Shown here: one piece after another, positions 20,246-30,221 of the stretch | Layout: the number at the start of each line of letters is the position of its first letter | Position numbering within the stretch: the stretch's first letter is position 1 | DNA from: Spirochaetia bacterium | Lineage (GTDB): Bacteria; Spirochaetota; Spirochaetia; SZUA-6; Bin103 | Length of the DNA: 64,000 nt | NCBI GenBank assembly: GCA_965203515.1 | Contig: OZ241907.1 | Span: 1,248,001-1,312,000 of the forward strand | Direction: 5' to 3' | Notes under the pieces: model-generated | The model's database searches: none | What the model was told of the DNA's origin: nothing | Seen by the model: the letters and a program-made list of their open reading frames with translations, nothing else | Made by a program: the position numbers and the translations under genes

Positions 20246-21522
20246 GGTGAAGCCGCGGCGCCGCCGAATACCCAACGGTCCAGAAAGTCGTTGCGGAACC
20301 GGCCGCGCGGGTCGAGCTCGCGGGCGGCGCCGCGGAAGCGTTGCAGCGACGCTCCGTAGACCCGCTCCAGGTAGTCCGGCGAGCAGGTGAACAGCTTGCC
20401 CCAGTGCGGCCGGGCGGCGTACGGCGCGAGCGCCTCCTCGACCTGCGGCAGCACGGCGCGCGCCGCCGGCCAGTCGTTCCGCCAGGAGAAGTGGATCGCC
20501 AGCGAGTCGCGGCCGCAGAACGGGCTCAACCAGAACCGGTCGCCGGCCACCGCGCGGAGCTCGGTCATTTGCAGCGCCGGCCTGATGCGGGAGCCGAGCG
20601 CGCCGACGGCGGCGATCGCGGCCGGCGCATGCTCCCAGGGCACGAAGTACTCGGTCTGCAGCTCGTCGCCCGACCCCGGCACCCGGTCGACGCGGAAGTG
20701 CGGCAGCCGCAGGTGCCACGGCCCCGCGGTGCGCTGTTCGGTGCAGGCCGCCGCGGACCCCTCCGGCAGCGGATGGCGGTCGCGCGCGGTGGCCGGCACG
20801 CCGAGCAGTGACTCCGCCTCCGGGCGCGCCGGCGCCCGATCGTCGTCCTCCGCCACGATCCGCTTCACCCAGACGTCCGCGTGGGGCCGGTCCTCCCAGG
20901 CGGTGAACAGGCTGACGCTCCAGGCGCGCGCCATGACCGCCTCCGGATCGGCGACGATCCGGTCGAGCGGGACGCGCTCGTGGACGTGCTGGATCATGCG
21001 GAACGCGGGCCGCAGCCGCAGCGTCAGCGCCGTCACCACGCCCAGCGCGCCCAGGCTCACGGCCGCCGCCGGGAAGCGGCCATCGTCCCGCGCCAGCGTG
21101 ACCGGGTCGCCGTCCGCGGTGAGCAGCTCCACCTCGTCGATCTGCGTCGCCAGGCATCCGAGCCGCCGGCCCGAGCCGTGCGTGGCGGTCGCGCAGGCGC
21201 CGGCCACGGTCACGTGCGGCAGCGAGGCGAGGTTGTCGAGCCCCCAGCCGGCCGCGTGCAGCCGCGGGCAGAGCTCCCCGTAGGTCCAGCCGGCGCTCAC
21301 CCGCGCCCGGTGGCGGGCGCTGTCGATGTCGACCTGGCGCGGCAGCGCCGCCAGATCGACCAGATCGCCGCCGGTGTCCGCCACGCGGTTGAAGGAGTGC
21401 GCGGCTCCCACGACCCGCACCTGTCGGGCGCCGGTGACCGCCCGCCGCAGTTCCTCCATGCTCCGCGGCCGGTGCCGGCGCAACGGCCGGAAGCGGACGT
21501 TTCCCGCCCAATTGGCGGTCAT
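20242..21522 (-). CDS. FAD-linked alditol/xylitol oxidase-like protein
   Basis: NWAGN, GAAHSF, NLASLPHVTVAGACATATHGSG, PWHLRLPHF, ELQTEYF, RPHWGK. Confidence 0.88.
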   Translation of the reverse strand: MTANWAGNVRFRPLRRHRPRSMEELRRAVTGARQVRVVGAAHSFNRVADTGGDLVDLAALPRQVDIDSARHRARVSAGWTYGELCPRLHAAGWGLDNLASLPHVTVAGACATATHGSGRRLGCLATQIDEVELLTADGDPVTLARDDGRFPAAAVSLGALGVVTALTLRLRPAFRMIQHVHERVPLDRIVADPEAVMARAWSVSLFTAWEDRPHADVWVKRIVAEDDDRAPARPEAESLLGVPATARDRHPLPEGSAAACTEQRTAGPWHLRLPHFRVDRVPGSGDELQTEYFVPWEHAPAAIAAVGALGSRIRPALQMTELRAVAGDRFWLSPFCGRDSLAIHFSWRNDWPAARAVLPQVEEALAPYAARPHWGKLFTCSPDYLERVYGASLQRFRGAARELDPRGRFRNDFLDRWVFGGAAASP

Positions 21523-21587
21523 CGGGGAGGAACGGAACGCCGGATCGTTGCTGCGGTCTTCACGTGCTCATGGCATGCTGCCATGGA

Positions 21588-22787
21588 ATGGCCGATCGGT
21601 TCATCGTCGTCGGCGCCGGCATCTTCGGCGTCACGGCGGCGCTGGGGCTGCGCGCCCGCGGCCACGCGGTGACGCTGCTGGACGCCGGCCCGATCCCGGC
21701 GCCGCTGGCCGCCAGCACCGACATCAGCAAGGTCGTGCGCATGGAGTACGGCGCCGACCGCCGCTACATGGCGCTCATGGAGGCGGCCCGCGCCGGCTGG
21801 CTGCGCTGGAACGAGCGCTGGGCGGCCGACGGCGCCGGGCCGCTCTACCACGAGACCGGGGTGCTGATGGTCGCCCGCGACCGCATGGCGCCGGGCGGCT
21901 TCGAGCACGACAGCTACCGGTCGCTGCTCGCTCGCGGCCACCGCCCCGAACGGCTGGACGCGCCGGCGATCGCGCGGCGCTACCCCGCCTGGAGCACCGG
22001 CCGCTTCGTGGACGGCTTCTACCACCGCATGGGCGGCTACGCGGAGAGCGGCACGGTGGTGGCCGCGCTGGCGCGGCAGGCGCAGGCCGCCGGGATCGAG
22101 GTCTCCGCGCGCACCCGCGCGGCGGCGCTGGTCGAGGAGGCGGGCCGCGTGCGCGGCGTGCGCACCGACCGGGGCCGCACGCTCGACGCCGCCGGCGTGG
22201 TCATGGCCGCCGGCGCGTGGGCCGGAACGCTGCACCCTCCCCTGTCGCGCGCGATCCGGGCCAGCGGCCATCCGGTGTTCCATCTGCGGCCGGCCGACCC
22301 CGCCCCGTTCCGGGCGGATCGGTTTCCGACCTTCACCGCCGACGTGGCGCGCACCGGCTACTACGGGTTTCCGGTCAACGCGGACGGAGTGGTCAAGATC
22401 GCCTCGCACGCGCTGGGCCGGCCGATCGACCCCGACGCGCCGCGGTCCGTGGCGCCGGGCGCTGAGACGCGGCTCCGCCGGTTTCTGGCCGACACCTTCC
22501 CGGCCCTGGCCGGCGCCCCGGTCGTCTCCACGCGGCTGTGCCTGTACGCCGACACCCAGGACGAGGACTTCTGGATCGCGCGCGATCCCGATCGGGACGG
22601 GCTGACCGTGGCCGGCGGCGGCAGCGGCCACGGCTTCAAGTTCGCGCCGGTGCTCGGAGCGCTGATCGCCGACGCGGCGACCGGCGCGGACAACCCCGCG
22701 CTCGCTCGATTTCGCTGGCGGCCGGAAGTGACCCTGGCGCACGGCACCGAGGCGGCCCGGTGCCACCTCCCCGGCGTCGACGGCTGA
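21588..22787 (+). CDS. FAD-dependent amine oxidase (sarcosine / fructosyl-amino-acid oxidase family)
   Basis: VGAGIFG, ASTDISKVVR, CLYADT, GGSGHGFKF. Confidence 0.82.
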   Translation: MADRFIVVGAGIFGVTAALGLRARGHAVTLLDAGPIPAPLAASTDISKVVRMEYGADRRYMALMEAARAGWLRWNERWAADGAGPLYHETGVLMVARDRMAPGGFEHDSYRSLLARGHRPERLDAPAIARRYPAWSTGRFVDGFYHRMGGYAESGTVVAALARQAQAAGIEVSARTRAAALVEEAGRVRGVRTDRGRTLDAAGVVMAAGAWAGTLHPPLSRAIRASGHPVFHLRPADPAPFRADRFPTFTADVARTGYYGFPVNADGVVKIASHALGRPIDPDAPRSVAPGAETRLRRFLADTFPALAGAPVVSTRLCLYADTQDEDFWIARDPDRDGLTVAGGGSGHGFKFAPVLGALIADAATGADNPALARFRWRPEVTLAHGTEAARCHLPGVDG

Positions 22788-22839
22788 GCCGCGCGCCCCG
22801 ACCGGGACTCCGCCGGCCGGGCCAGCGCCGGCCGGGCTC

Positions 22840-24000
22840 TCAGTCGAGCACGCGGCGCCCGGTCTCATGCGCGCGCACCCACTCCCAGTCGATGTCGACC
22901 CCCAGACCGGGGCCGGTCGGCACCGGCACGTGGCCGCGGTCGTCGATCGCGTCGAGCGCGTCCGAATAGTCGGCGTACAACCCGCCGTGCCGGGCCGACG
23001 ACACCTTGGGATGGACCAGCCCCAGCTCGTAGTAGTTGGTGTTGCGGATCGCCGCCATGCACTGCCGCTGCGCCGGTCCGGGGCCGTGGAACTCGATGTC
23101 GATGCCGAGCGCTTCGGCGGCATGCGCGAGCTTGACCACCCCGGTGATGCCGTCGTAGCCCACGTCGCCGCGCACGAAGTCGGTCGCGTCGGCCAGCGCG
23201 AAGTCGATGTGCGGCTCCAGGGTGCGCACGTGCTCGGTCATCAACAGCGGCGTGCGGACGAGTTGGCGCAGCTTGCGGTGGGCGAACTGCGAGATGCCGC
23301 CGTCGCGGAACGGATCCTCATACCAGTAGTACCGCGCGTCGTCGCAGGCGCGGCCGACCTTGACCGCGTCCGCGAAGGTGCGCAGCTCGCACGCCGGGTC
23401 GAGCATCAGGTCCATCTCGTCGCCCACCGCGCGGCGCACCGCCAGCACGTTCTCCACCTCGCGGCCCACCGGCCCCTGCCCCCAGCCGTGGATCTTGAAC
23501 GCCGGATAGCCGATCTCCCGGCACTGCACCGCGAAGTCCGCGAACGCCTCCGGGGAGTCGAGGCCGCCGTTCTCGTCGCCGTGGTAGGTCGACGCGTAGC
23601 AGGGCACCGACTCCTTCCACCCGCCCAGCAGCCGGTAGATCGGCTGGTCGAGCAGCCGCCCGGCAAGGTCCCAGAGCGCGACGTCGACCGGCGCCACGCC
23701 GATGCGGGCCGACTGGCGCTGGGCGCGCTTGATCTCGTCGTAGATCAGCTCCCGCTGCAGGGCATGGCGGCCCTTGAGGAACGCCCACAGGCGAGGGATG
23801 ACGGCGACGTCGACCGGCGCCAGCCCGGCGCAGGCGCCGCTGACGCCGGCGTCGGTATGGACGACCAGGATCGTGCCGCCGGCCTGCAGCCGGGCGCCCG
23901 GCACGTAGACCTGATTGAACGTGTGGTAATCGGCGCCGAGCTCGCGCTGCTCGTAGCGGAAGTCGATCAGCTCGAGGCTGGTGATGATCGGATCGGCCAT
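22840..24000 (-). CDS. Mandelate racemase/muconate lactonizing enzyme family protein
   Basis: DVALWDLAG, FKIHGW, LMLDP, WYEDP, PGLGVD. Confidence 0.88.
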   Translation of the reverse strand: MADPIITSLELIDFRYEQRELGADYHTFNQVYVPGARLQAGGTILVVHTDAGVSGACAGLAPVDVAVIPRLWAFLKGRHALQRELIYDEIKRAQRQSARIGVAPVDVALWDLAGRLLDQPIYRLLGGWKESVPCYASTYHGDENGGLDSPEAFADFAVQCREIGYPAFKIHGWGQGPVGREVENVLAVRRAVGDEMDLMLDPACELRTFADAVKVGRACDDARYYWYEDPFRDGGISQFAHRKLRQLVRTPLLMTEHVRTLEPHIDFALADATDFVRGDVGYDGITGVVKLAHAAEALGIDIEFHGPGPAQRQCMAAIRNTNYYELGLVHPKVSSARHGGLYADYSDALDAIDDRGHVPVPTGPGLGVDIDWEWVRAHETGRRVLD

Positions 24001-24007
24001 GGCTGCG

Positions 24008-24886
24008 CTACCCCCCGTACTCGAACGCCGGCACGCCGCGGGCGCCCGGAACGGCCCGGAACAGCGATCCGGCCAGCGGCTGCTCGGCCAGTTCGGCGGC
24101 CGTCAGCCGGTACGACGCGGAGGTGACGTAGAGCTGGTCGAGGTCCGGTCCGCCGAACGCGCACGAGGTCACGCAGGTGACCGGCAGCTCGATCGTCGCC
24201 AGATGCTGGCCGGTCTCCGGGTCGTAGCGCTTCACGGCGCCGCCGCCGAACAGGGCGATCCAGACCATGCCCTCCGCGTCGATGGTCATGCCGTCGAAGT
24301 GACCGTCGCCGTCGTTGCGGACCGTCACCCGCTCATTGGCGATCGAGCCGGTCTCCAGGTCGTAATCGAAGGCGCGCACGTCGTTCTTCACCGTGTCGAT
24401 GAAGTACATGGTGCGCGCGTCAGCGCTCCAGACGATGCCGTTGGAGATGCTGACGCGGCCGAGCTTGCGGGTGACCGTGCCGTCGGCGTCGAGGCAGTAG
24501 AGCGCTCCCTGCTCCCGATCGCGCATGCCGTCGAACGCCATGGTGCCGGCCCACAGCCGGCCGGCCGGGTCGCACTTGCCGTCGTTGAAGCGGTTGCCGG
24601 GCAGGTCGGCCTCCGGGTCGGCGATCGGCGTCATCCGTTCGGTCTCCGGATCGAGGCGCGCAAAGCCGTTGTGCAGGGCGACCACGACACCGCCCTTCGC
24701 CCGTGGTACAACGGTACCGACGGCCTGCAGCAGGTTGATGCCGCGGTTCTCGCCGGTTGCCGGATCGTAGAAGAACAGCAGATGGCCCAGGATATCGACC
24801 CACAGCAGGCGTTGGCGGCGCGCGTCCCAGATGGCGCCCTCGCCCACCAGACTGCGGCGATCGACGACCGTTTCGACGTCACTCAT
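24008..24886 (-). CDS. SMP-30/gluconolactonase family protein
   Basis: GEGAIW, RFNDGKCDPAGRLWAGTM, SNGIVWS, DGMTID, TSCAFGG. Confidence 0.93.
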   Translation of the reverse strand: MSDVETVVDRRSLVGEGAIWDARRQRLLWVDILGHLLFFYDPATGENRGINLLQAVGTVVPRAKGGVVVALHNGFARLDPETERMTPIADPEADLPGNRFNDGKCDPAGRLWAGTMAFDGMRDREQGALYCLDADGTVTRKLGRVSISNGIVWSADARTMYFIDTVKNDVRAFDYDLETGSIANERVTVRNDGDGHFDGMTIDAEGMVWIALFGGGAVKRYDPETGQHLATIELPVTCVTSCAFGGPDLDQLYVTSASYRLTAAELAEQPLAGSLFRAVPGARGVPAFEYGG

Positions 24887-24928
24887 GACCGTGCCGTTAT
24901 AGCACGGAGCGCGCGGCCGGCGCCCGCC

Positions 24929-25600
24929 GTGACCGGCGCGCAGCGCACGGCGCTCATCGTGCAGGGCGGCTGGGACGGCCACGAGCCGCGCCGGGTGAGC
25001 GATCTGTTCCGGCAGGTCCTGGAGCGCGAAGGCTTTGCGGTCACCGTCGCCGACCGCCTGGAGGCGCTGGAGGACGCGGAGCTGCTCGGCCGGATCGACC
25101 TGCTGGTGCCGATCTGGACCATGGGCAGGATCGGCGCGGAACAGGTGGAGGGCGTCTCCGGAGCGGTGGCGGCCGGCGTCGGCATGGCCGGCTGCCACGG
25201 CGGCATGTGCGACGCGTTTCGCGACTCCACGCTGTGGCAGTTCATCACCGGCGGCAACTGGGTGGCGCACCCGGGCGGGGACGGCACCTGCTACACGGTC
25301 AACGTCCGCGCCTCATCCAGCGGCATCACCGACGGCATCCGGGACTTCACGGTGCGCTCCGAACAGTACTACCTGCACGTCGATCCGGCGGTGGAGGTGC
25401 TGGCCACCACCCGGTTCCCGGTAGCCGACGGCCCGCACGCCGCCAACGGCGCGGTCGACATGCCGGTGGTCTGGACCAAACGCTGGGGCGCCGGCCGCGT
25501 CTTCTACAACTCGCTCGGTCACCGCGCCGACGTGATCGCCGCGCCCGCTCCGCTGGAGCTGATGCGGCGCGGCTTCCTGTGGGCGGCGGCCGGCCGCTAG
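24929..25600 (+). CDS. ThuA-like domain protein
   Basis: GGWDGHEP, GCHGGMCDAFR, EQYYLHVDP, GRVFYNSLGH. Confidence 0.88.
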   Translation: MTGAQRTALIVQGGWDGHEPRRVSDLFRQVLEREGFAVTVADRLEALEDAELLGRIDLLVPIWTMGRIGAEQVEGVSGAVAAGVGMAGCHGGMCDAFRDSTLWQFITGGNWVAHPGGDGTCYTVNVRASSSGITDGIRDFTVRSEQYYLHVDPAVEVLATTRFPVADGPHAANGAVDMPVVWTKRWGAGRVFYNSLGHRADVIAAPAPLELMRRGFLWAAAGR

Positions 25601-25605
25601 CGTCG

Positions 25606-26718
25606 GTGGGTACGGCGCGCGCCGGACACGGCGCCGGCGTCGAGCCGGTCCGCATCGGCCTGATCGGCTGCGGAAAGATCAGCGCCGCCTACCTGCAGGC
25701 GGCGCCGTCCTATCCCGTGTTCGACATCGTCGCATGCGCGGATATCGATCGGACGGCCGCCGCGCGCACCGGCGCCGCGTTCGGCCTGCAGGCGATGAGC
25801 GTCGACGCGCTGCTGGCGCGCGGCGACCTCGACGCGGTCCTCAACCTGACCGTGCCGGCCGCGCACGCGCCGGTGAACCTGGCGGCGTTGCAGGCCGGCA
25901 AGCACGTCTATTGCGAGAAGCCGTTTGCCGTCGATCCCGCCGCCGGAGCGGAGGTCCTGGCCGCGGCGCGCGAGCGCGGACTGCGGGTCGGCAGCGCGCC
26001 CGACACCTTCCTGGGCGCCGGCCACCAGACGGTGCGCGCGCTGGTCGACGCCGGCCGCATCGGCCGCGTGGTGGCGGCGACCGCGATCTGGATGAACCGC
26101 GGGCACGAGGCATGGCACCCCAACCCCGCCTTCTACTACGCGCCCGGCGGCGGCCCGCACTTCGACATGGGACCCTACTACCTGACCGCGCTGGTGCACG
26201 CCCTGGGGCCGGTGCGGTCGGTCACGGCCATGGCCGGCCGGGCGTTCGACACCCGTACCGTGGGCTCCGGGCCGAACGCCGGGGCGGTGGTGCCGGTGCA
26301 GGTCGATACCCACCTGTCCGGCGCGTTGGAGTTTGCAAGCGGCTGCATCGGCACCCTTGCCATGAGCTTCGACGTGTGGCGGCACGCGCATCCCTGCCTG
26401 CAGCTGTACGGCACCGCGGGGAGCATCTCCACCCCGGATCCCAACGGTTTCGGCGGACCGGTGCTGGTCGCCGACCCCGGCGGCGATTGGACCGAGGCGC
26501 CGCTCGGCGCCGGACCCACCCGGAACGCGCGCGGCATCGGCCTGGCCGATCTCTGCACCGGCCTGCGGACCGGCGCGCCGCACCGGTGCAACGGCGAGTT
26601 GGCGCAGCACGTGCTGGAAGTGATGGCCGCCCTCGACCGCTCCGTCGAGCAGCGCGGCCGGGTCGCGATCGAGTCCCGGCCGGTCCGGCCCGGCCCCGTT
26701 CAGGCCGAATCGGCCTGA
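25606..26718 (+). CDS. Gfo/Idh/MocA-family oxidoreductase
   Basis: IGLIGCGKIS, GKHVYCEKP, SAPDTFLG, DMGPYY; start approximate. Confidence 0.9.
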   Translation: MGTARAGHGAGVEPVRIGLIGCGKISAAYLQAAPSYPVFDIVACADIDRTAAARTGAAFGLQAMSVDALLARGDLDAVLNLTVPAAHAPVNLAALQAGKHVYCEKPFAVDPAAGAEVLAAARERGLRVGSAPDTFLGAGHQTVRALVDAGRIGRVVAATAIWMNRGHEAWHPNPAFYYAPGGGPHFDMGPYYLTALVHALGPVRSVTAMAGRAFDTRTVGSGPNAGAVVPVQVDTHLSGALEFASGCIGTLAMSFDVWRHAHPCLQLYGTAGSISTPDPNGFGGPVLVADPGGDWTEAPLGAGPTRNARGIGLADLCTGLRTGAPHRCNGELAQHVLEVMAALDRSVEQRGRVAIESRPVRPGPVQAESA

Positions 26719-26720
26719 GC

Positions 26721-26774
26721 GCCGGGGAGCGTTCCTGCCGGGAGCCGGGGAGCCGGGGAGCCGGGGAGCGTTCC
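26721..26774. repeat. Short tandem repeats between convergent genes (GCCGGGGAGCGTTCC x2, GAGCCGGGG x3)
   Basis: Read directly. Confidence 0.8.
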
Positions 26775-27533
26775 CTACAGCGACGAACGCACGTCGTCGA
26801 GCCGTCGCCGCGTCCGTGCGGCGCCGTCGGCGAGCATCCCGTAGTCCCCGGTAGCCAGCACGAACAGGAAGCCCTCCCGCAGGTGCTGGTCGGCGGCGGG
26901 GCCGCCGGTGGCGATGCCGGGAAACCGGCCCAGCTCCAGGCAGAGGTCGCGGACCTGCAGCTGCATGCGCGCCTGCGCCGCTCGATCGACCGACGGACCG
27001 AGGGAGTTGCCCAGGTCGGCCGGTCCGATCATGCAGCCGTCCACGCCGTCCACGGCCAGGATCTCCCGAGCCGCGTCGACCGCCTGCCGGGTCTCGATCT
27101 GGACCATCAGGCAGATCTCGTCGTCGACCGACTCGACGTAGTCCGCGCCGTAGCTCAGGCACCCCGGCCTGCCGCCCAGGGAGCGGTCGCCGTACGGCGG
27201 ATACCTCACCGCCCGCGCGGCGGCGCGCGCCTCTTCCGGCGAGTTGACCATCGGCACGACCACGGTCAGGGCGCCGCGATCGAGCACGCGGCCGATCGCT
27301 GCGTAGTCGTTGCCGGTCACGCGCACCGATGGGGTCGCCGGCCCCGCGCAGATGTGGTGGAACGCCTGCTGAGCGGTGTCGTCGGTCCAGACGCCGTGCT
27401 GCATGTCGACCTGCACGAAGTCGAACCCGGCCTGCGAGCAGAGCTCGCCGGCCACCGGGCAGCCCAGTCCCAACTCCGCGCCGACCACCGGCCGTCCCGC
27501 CTGCATCGAGCGCTTCATCGTGTTCGTTTTCAT
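26775..27533 (-). CDS. HpcH/HpaI-family aldolase
   Basis: VDMQHG, LDRGA, VPMVNS, VQIET, IGPADL. Confidence 0.92.
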   Translation of the reverse strand: MKTNTMKRSMQAGRPVVGAELGLGCPVAGELCSQAGFDFVQVDMQHGVWTDDTAQQAFHHICAGPATPSVRVTGNDYAAIGRVLDRGALTVVVPMVNSPEEARAAARAVRYPPYGDRSLGGRPGCLSYGADYVESVDDEICLMVQIETRQAVDAAREILAVDGVDGCMIGPADLGNSLGPSVDRAAQARMQLQVRDLCLELGRFPGIATGGPAADQHLREGFLFVLATGDYGMLADGAARTRRRLDDVRSSL

Positions 27534-27564
27534 GTGTGATTCCCGTTCCGTCGGTGTGGCAAAC

Positions 27565-27596
27565 CGCGACCGGGAGCGCGAACGCCCCCGGTCACG
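27565..27596 (-). terminator. Stem-loop downstream of SBP gene (terminator or mRNA stabiliser)
   Basis: GTGACCGGGGGCG-TTCG-CGCTCCCGGTCGC on the - strand. Confidence 0.6.
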
Positions 27597-27631
27597 ACTC
27601 GATTTCGGTCTGTCCGTGCGATGCCCGCCGA

Positions 27632-29212
27632 TCAGCGGTAGTCGCCGATCTCGTCGGTGAAGCGCGTATGGGCCGCCTGGTGCAGCTCCACGTAGCGATC
27701 GATCTTCATGGCCTTCATCTGCGCGACGAACTCGTCCCATTCCTCGTCGATGTCGCCCACGCCGGTGATCCAGCGCGCTTCGTTGCTGCGCCACAGCGTG
27801 TCGATGTCGGTGCGCAGCTCGTTGACCTCGGTCTGCTCGGCGTCGGTGAACTCCGGCCGCACCCACTGCTCGGCCGCCTTGTAGTCGATGTAGTGGGCAT
27901 AGTAGTTGTCGTACAGCAGCTGCGAGCTGGCGTCCATGGCCAGTCTGGTCCCGTAGTCCTCGGCCCGGAAGATCGCCGGGATCGCCCCGGTGGTGGAGAT
28001 CGTCTGCCGTCGTTCCGCGGTGATCTCCTGCGGCGTCCACACGCCGTCGATCATCTCGACCCCTTCGGGAGCGATGCCGAACATGCTCTGCACGCTGTTC
28101 TCCAGCGTGTAGAGACGGTCGACCCACGCCATGGTGTGCTCCGGATACGGGTTCACGTCGGTCATGAACCACACGTGCTTGATCGCCAGCCGGCCGGGAT
28201 GGACCCATATCTCGGGCTCGTAGCCGGGAGCGCGGAACGGCGGCACCGATTCGAACTCGGCTCGGCCGTCGGTGCCCTGGTAGCCGCGCACGGCGATCAC
28301 GAATCCGTACACGTTGCCGGCCGGATCGTCGACCTTGGCGTTGAAGTCCTGCGCCGACTGCGTGAAGCTCTCCGGATCGATCAGCCCTTCGCCGTACAGA
28401 CCGGCGAAGTAGGTGATCATCTCCCGATAGGCGTCGGTGATCGGCGCGAAGTACGCCTGCCCGCCGCTGATGGCGATGCCGTTCTTGGTGGGCATGCCCC
28501 AGATCCCGTACATCGAGCGGAGGTGCTGGGCGAACCCGTCCTTGGCCACGAAGCCGAACGGCAGCTCGTCCGCCTGGCCGTTGCCGTTGGGGTCCCGGTC
28601 GCGGAACGCTATCAGGACGTCGCGCAGCTCGTCGGTGGTGGCGGGGACCTGCAGCCCGAGCGCGTCGAGCCACTTCCGGTTGACCATGTAGTTCTGTTCC
28701 AGATAGTGCGATTCCTGGAACTGAAAGCGCGCCAGCGCCGACAACTTGCCTTCGGGATTGAGCATGTACGCCAGGGAATCGGGCTTCTCGGTGAAGATCT
28801 GGTCGAGATTGGGCGTGTACCCCTGGAACAGGTAGGGCCGCAGATCGGCGACCACGCCTTCCTGCAGCAGCCGGGCGATGAGATTCTTCTCGAGGCCGGC
28901 GGTGCCCAGCATCAGGTCCGGATAGTCGTCGGCGGAGAACGCGATGGTGATCTTCTCGACGTTTTCCATCTCCACGAACTCGAGCGTCACCCCGGTCGGC
29001 TCGGCCCAGCTCTGCGCCCAGAGATTGTCTTCCGCGCTGCCCCACCGCCCGGAGTTCCACCCAGCCTGCAGGGTGATGCCGGGCTGCACCGGGAACACCC
29101 CCGGCTCGGTGAGCGCCGCGGAGCTCATCGACTCCTCTTCGCCGGCAGCGAACATGAACGCGGGAGTCGCCAGCATGGCGAGCCCCAGAATCGAAACGAG
29201 TGCTCTCTTCAT
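27632..29212 (-). CDS. Carbohydrate ABC substrate-binding protein
   Basis: RBS AAGGAGG; signal peptide ending FMFA-AGEEE; NRKWLDALGL..P.T.DEL, DPNGNGQADE. Confidence 0.9.
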   Translation of the reverse strand: MKRALVSILGLAMLATPAFMFAAGEEESMSSAALTEPGVFPVQPGITLQAGWNSGRWGSAEDNLWAQSWAEPTGVTLEFVEMENVEKITIAFSADDYPDLMLGTAGLEKNLIARLLQEGVVADLRPYLFQGYTPNLDQIFTEKPDSLAYMLNPEGKLSALARFQFQESHYLEQNYMVNRKWLDALGLQVPATTDELRDVLIAFRDRDPNGNGQADELPFGFVAKDGFAQHLRSMYGIWGMPTKNGIAISGGQAYFAPITDAYREMITYFAGLYGEGLIDPESFTQSAQDFNAKVDDPAGNVYGFVIAVRGYQGTDGRAEFESVPPFRAPGYEPEIWVHPGRLAIKHVWFMTDVNPYPEHTMAWVDRLYTLENSVQSMFGIAPEGVEMIDGVWTPQEITAERRQTISTTGAIPAIFRAEDYGTRLAMDASSQLLYDNYYAHYIDYKAAEQWVRPEFTDAEQTEVNELRTDIDTLWRSNEARWITGVGDIDEEWDEFVAQMKAMKIDRYVELHQAAHTRFTDEIGDYR

Positions 29213-29297
29213 CGTAGCACCCTCCTTCATGAGATCGGGTCCCTGTCACTCGGAACCCGGGCCGCTCGGTGCGGCTGAACGGGCATGGCGGCCGGCG

Positions 29298-30197
29298 TCA
29301 TCCCTTGATCGAGCCGACCGTGATGCCCTTTACGAAGTGGCGTTGTATGAACGGATAGAGCGCCATCAACGGCGCGATCGCGATCACGATGATGCCGTAG
29401 CGCAGCAGGTCCGCCAGCACCTGGCGCCGCTGGATTTCGGCTGGTGAATAGCTCTCCAGCCCCTCGCCGCTGGTCAACAGCTCGTTCAATATCAGCAGCC
29501 TTCTGAGCACCAGTTGCAGCGGATACTTGTTCGAGTCGTTGATGAACAACAGGGCATGGAAGAACGCGTTCCAGTTCTGAACGACGTTGAACAGCACGGT
29601 GATGGCGACGATCGCCTGGCCAAGCGGCAGCGCGATGCTGGCGAAGAACCGGCTGTTCGTGCAGCCGTCGATCTGCGCCGACTCCAGCAGCTCGTCGGCC
29701 ACGTTGGTCTGAAAGAACGTGCGCGCGATGATCAGGTTGAAGACGTTCACGGCGTTGGGCAGGATCAGCGACCACGCCGAATCGTTCAGTCCCAGGCGCC
29801 GCACCACGACGTAGAACGGGATGATGCCGCCCGTGAAGTACAGGGTGAACACGAAGTAGAACATGATCAGTCCCCGGCCGCGCAGGTCCTTTCGGGACAG
29901 GGCATACGCGGCGGGGATGGTCAGCGCCAGCGACACGACGGTCTGCCCGACGGCGTACAGGACCGAGTTGCGGTAGCCGGTCAGGATGTGGCGGGTGCGC
30001 AAGATATAGGCGTACCCCTCCACGTTCAGGCCGCGCGGCCACAGGTAGACGTGCCCGGCCGAGACCAGCGTCGGCTCGCTGATCGAGGCGATAACCACGA
30101 AATACATCGGATAGACGGTCAGCGCCAGGATCACCGTCAGCAGGCCGAAGTTGACGCCGTCGGTGACGCGATCGGCGCGGCTGCGGAAGTCTACCAC
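29298..30197 (-). CDS. Carbohydrate ABC permease
   Basis: ELLESAQIDG, WNAFF, YPFIQRHFVKG. Confidence 0.92.
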   Translation of the reverse strand: MVDFRSRADRVTDGVNFGLLTVILALTVYPMYFVVIASISEPTLVSAGHVYLWPRGLNVEGYAYILRTRHILTGYRNSVLYAVGQTVVSLALTIPAAYALSRKDLRGRGLIMFYFVFTLYFTGGIIPFYVVVRRLGLNDSAWSLILPNAVNVFNLIIARTFFQTNVADELLESAQIDGCTNSRFFASIALPLGQAIVAITVLFNVVQNWNAFFHALLFINDSNKYPLQLVLRRLLILNELLTSGEGLESYSPAEIQRRQVLADLLRYGIIVIAIAPLMALYPFIQRHFVKGITVGSIKG

Positions 30198-30221
30198 GAC
30201 GACGGCGCTAGCATGACGGCG

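Noticed and set aside
28560..28605. EF-hand-like DPNGNGQADE loop in an SBP
   Set aside because: A common feature of this SBP family.
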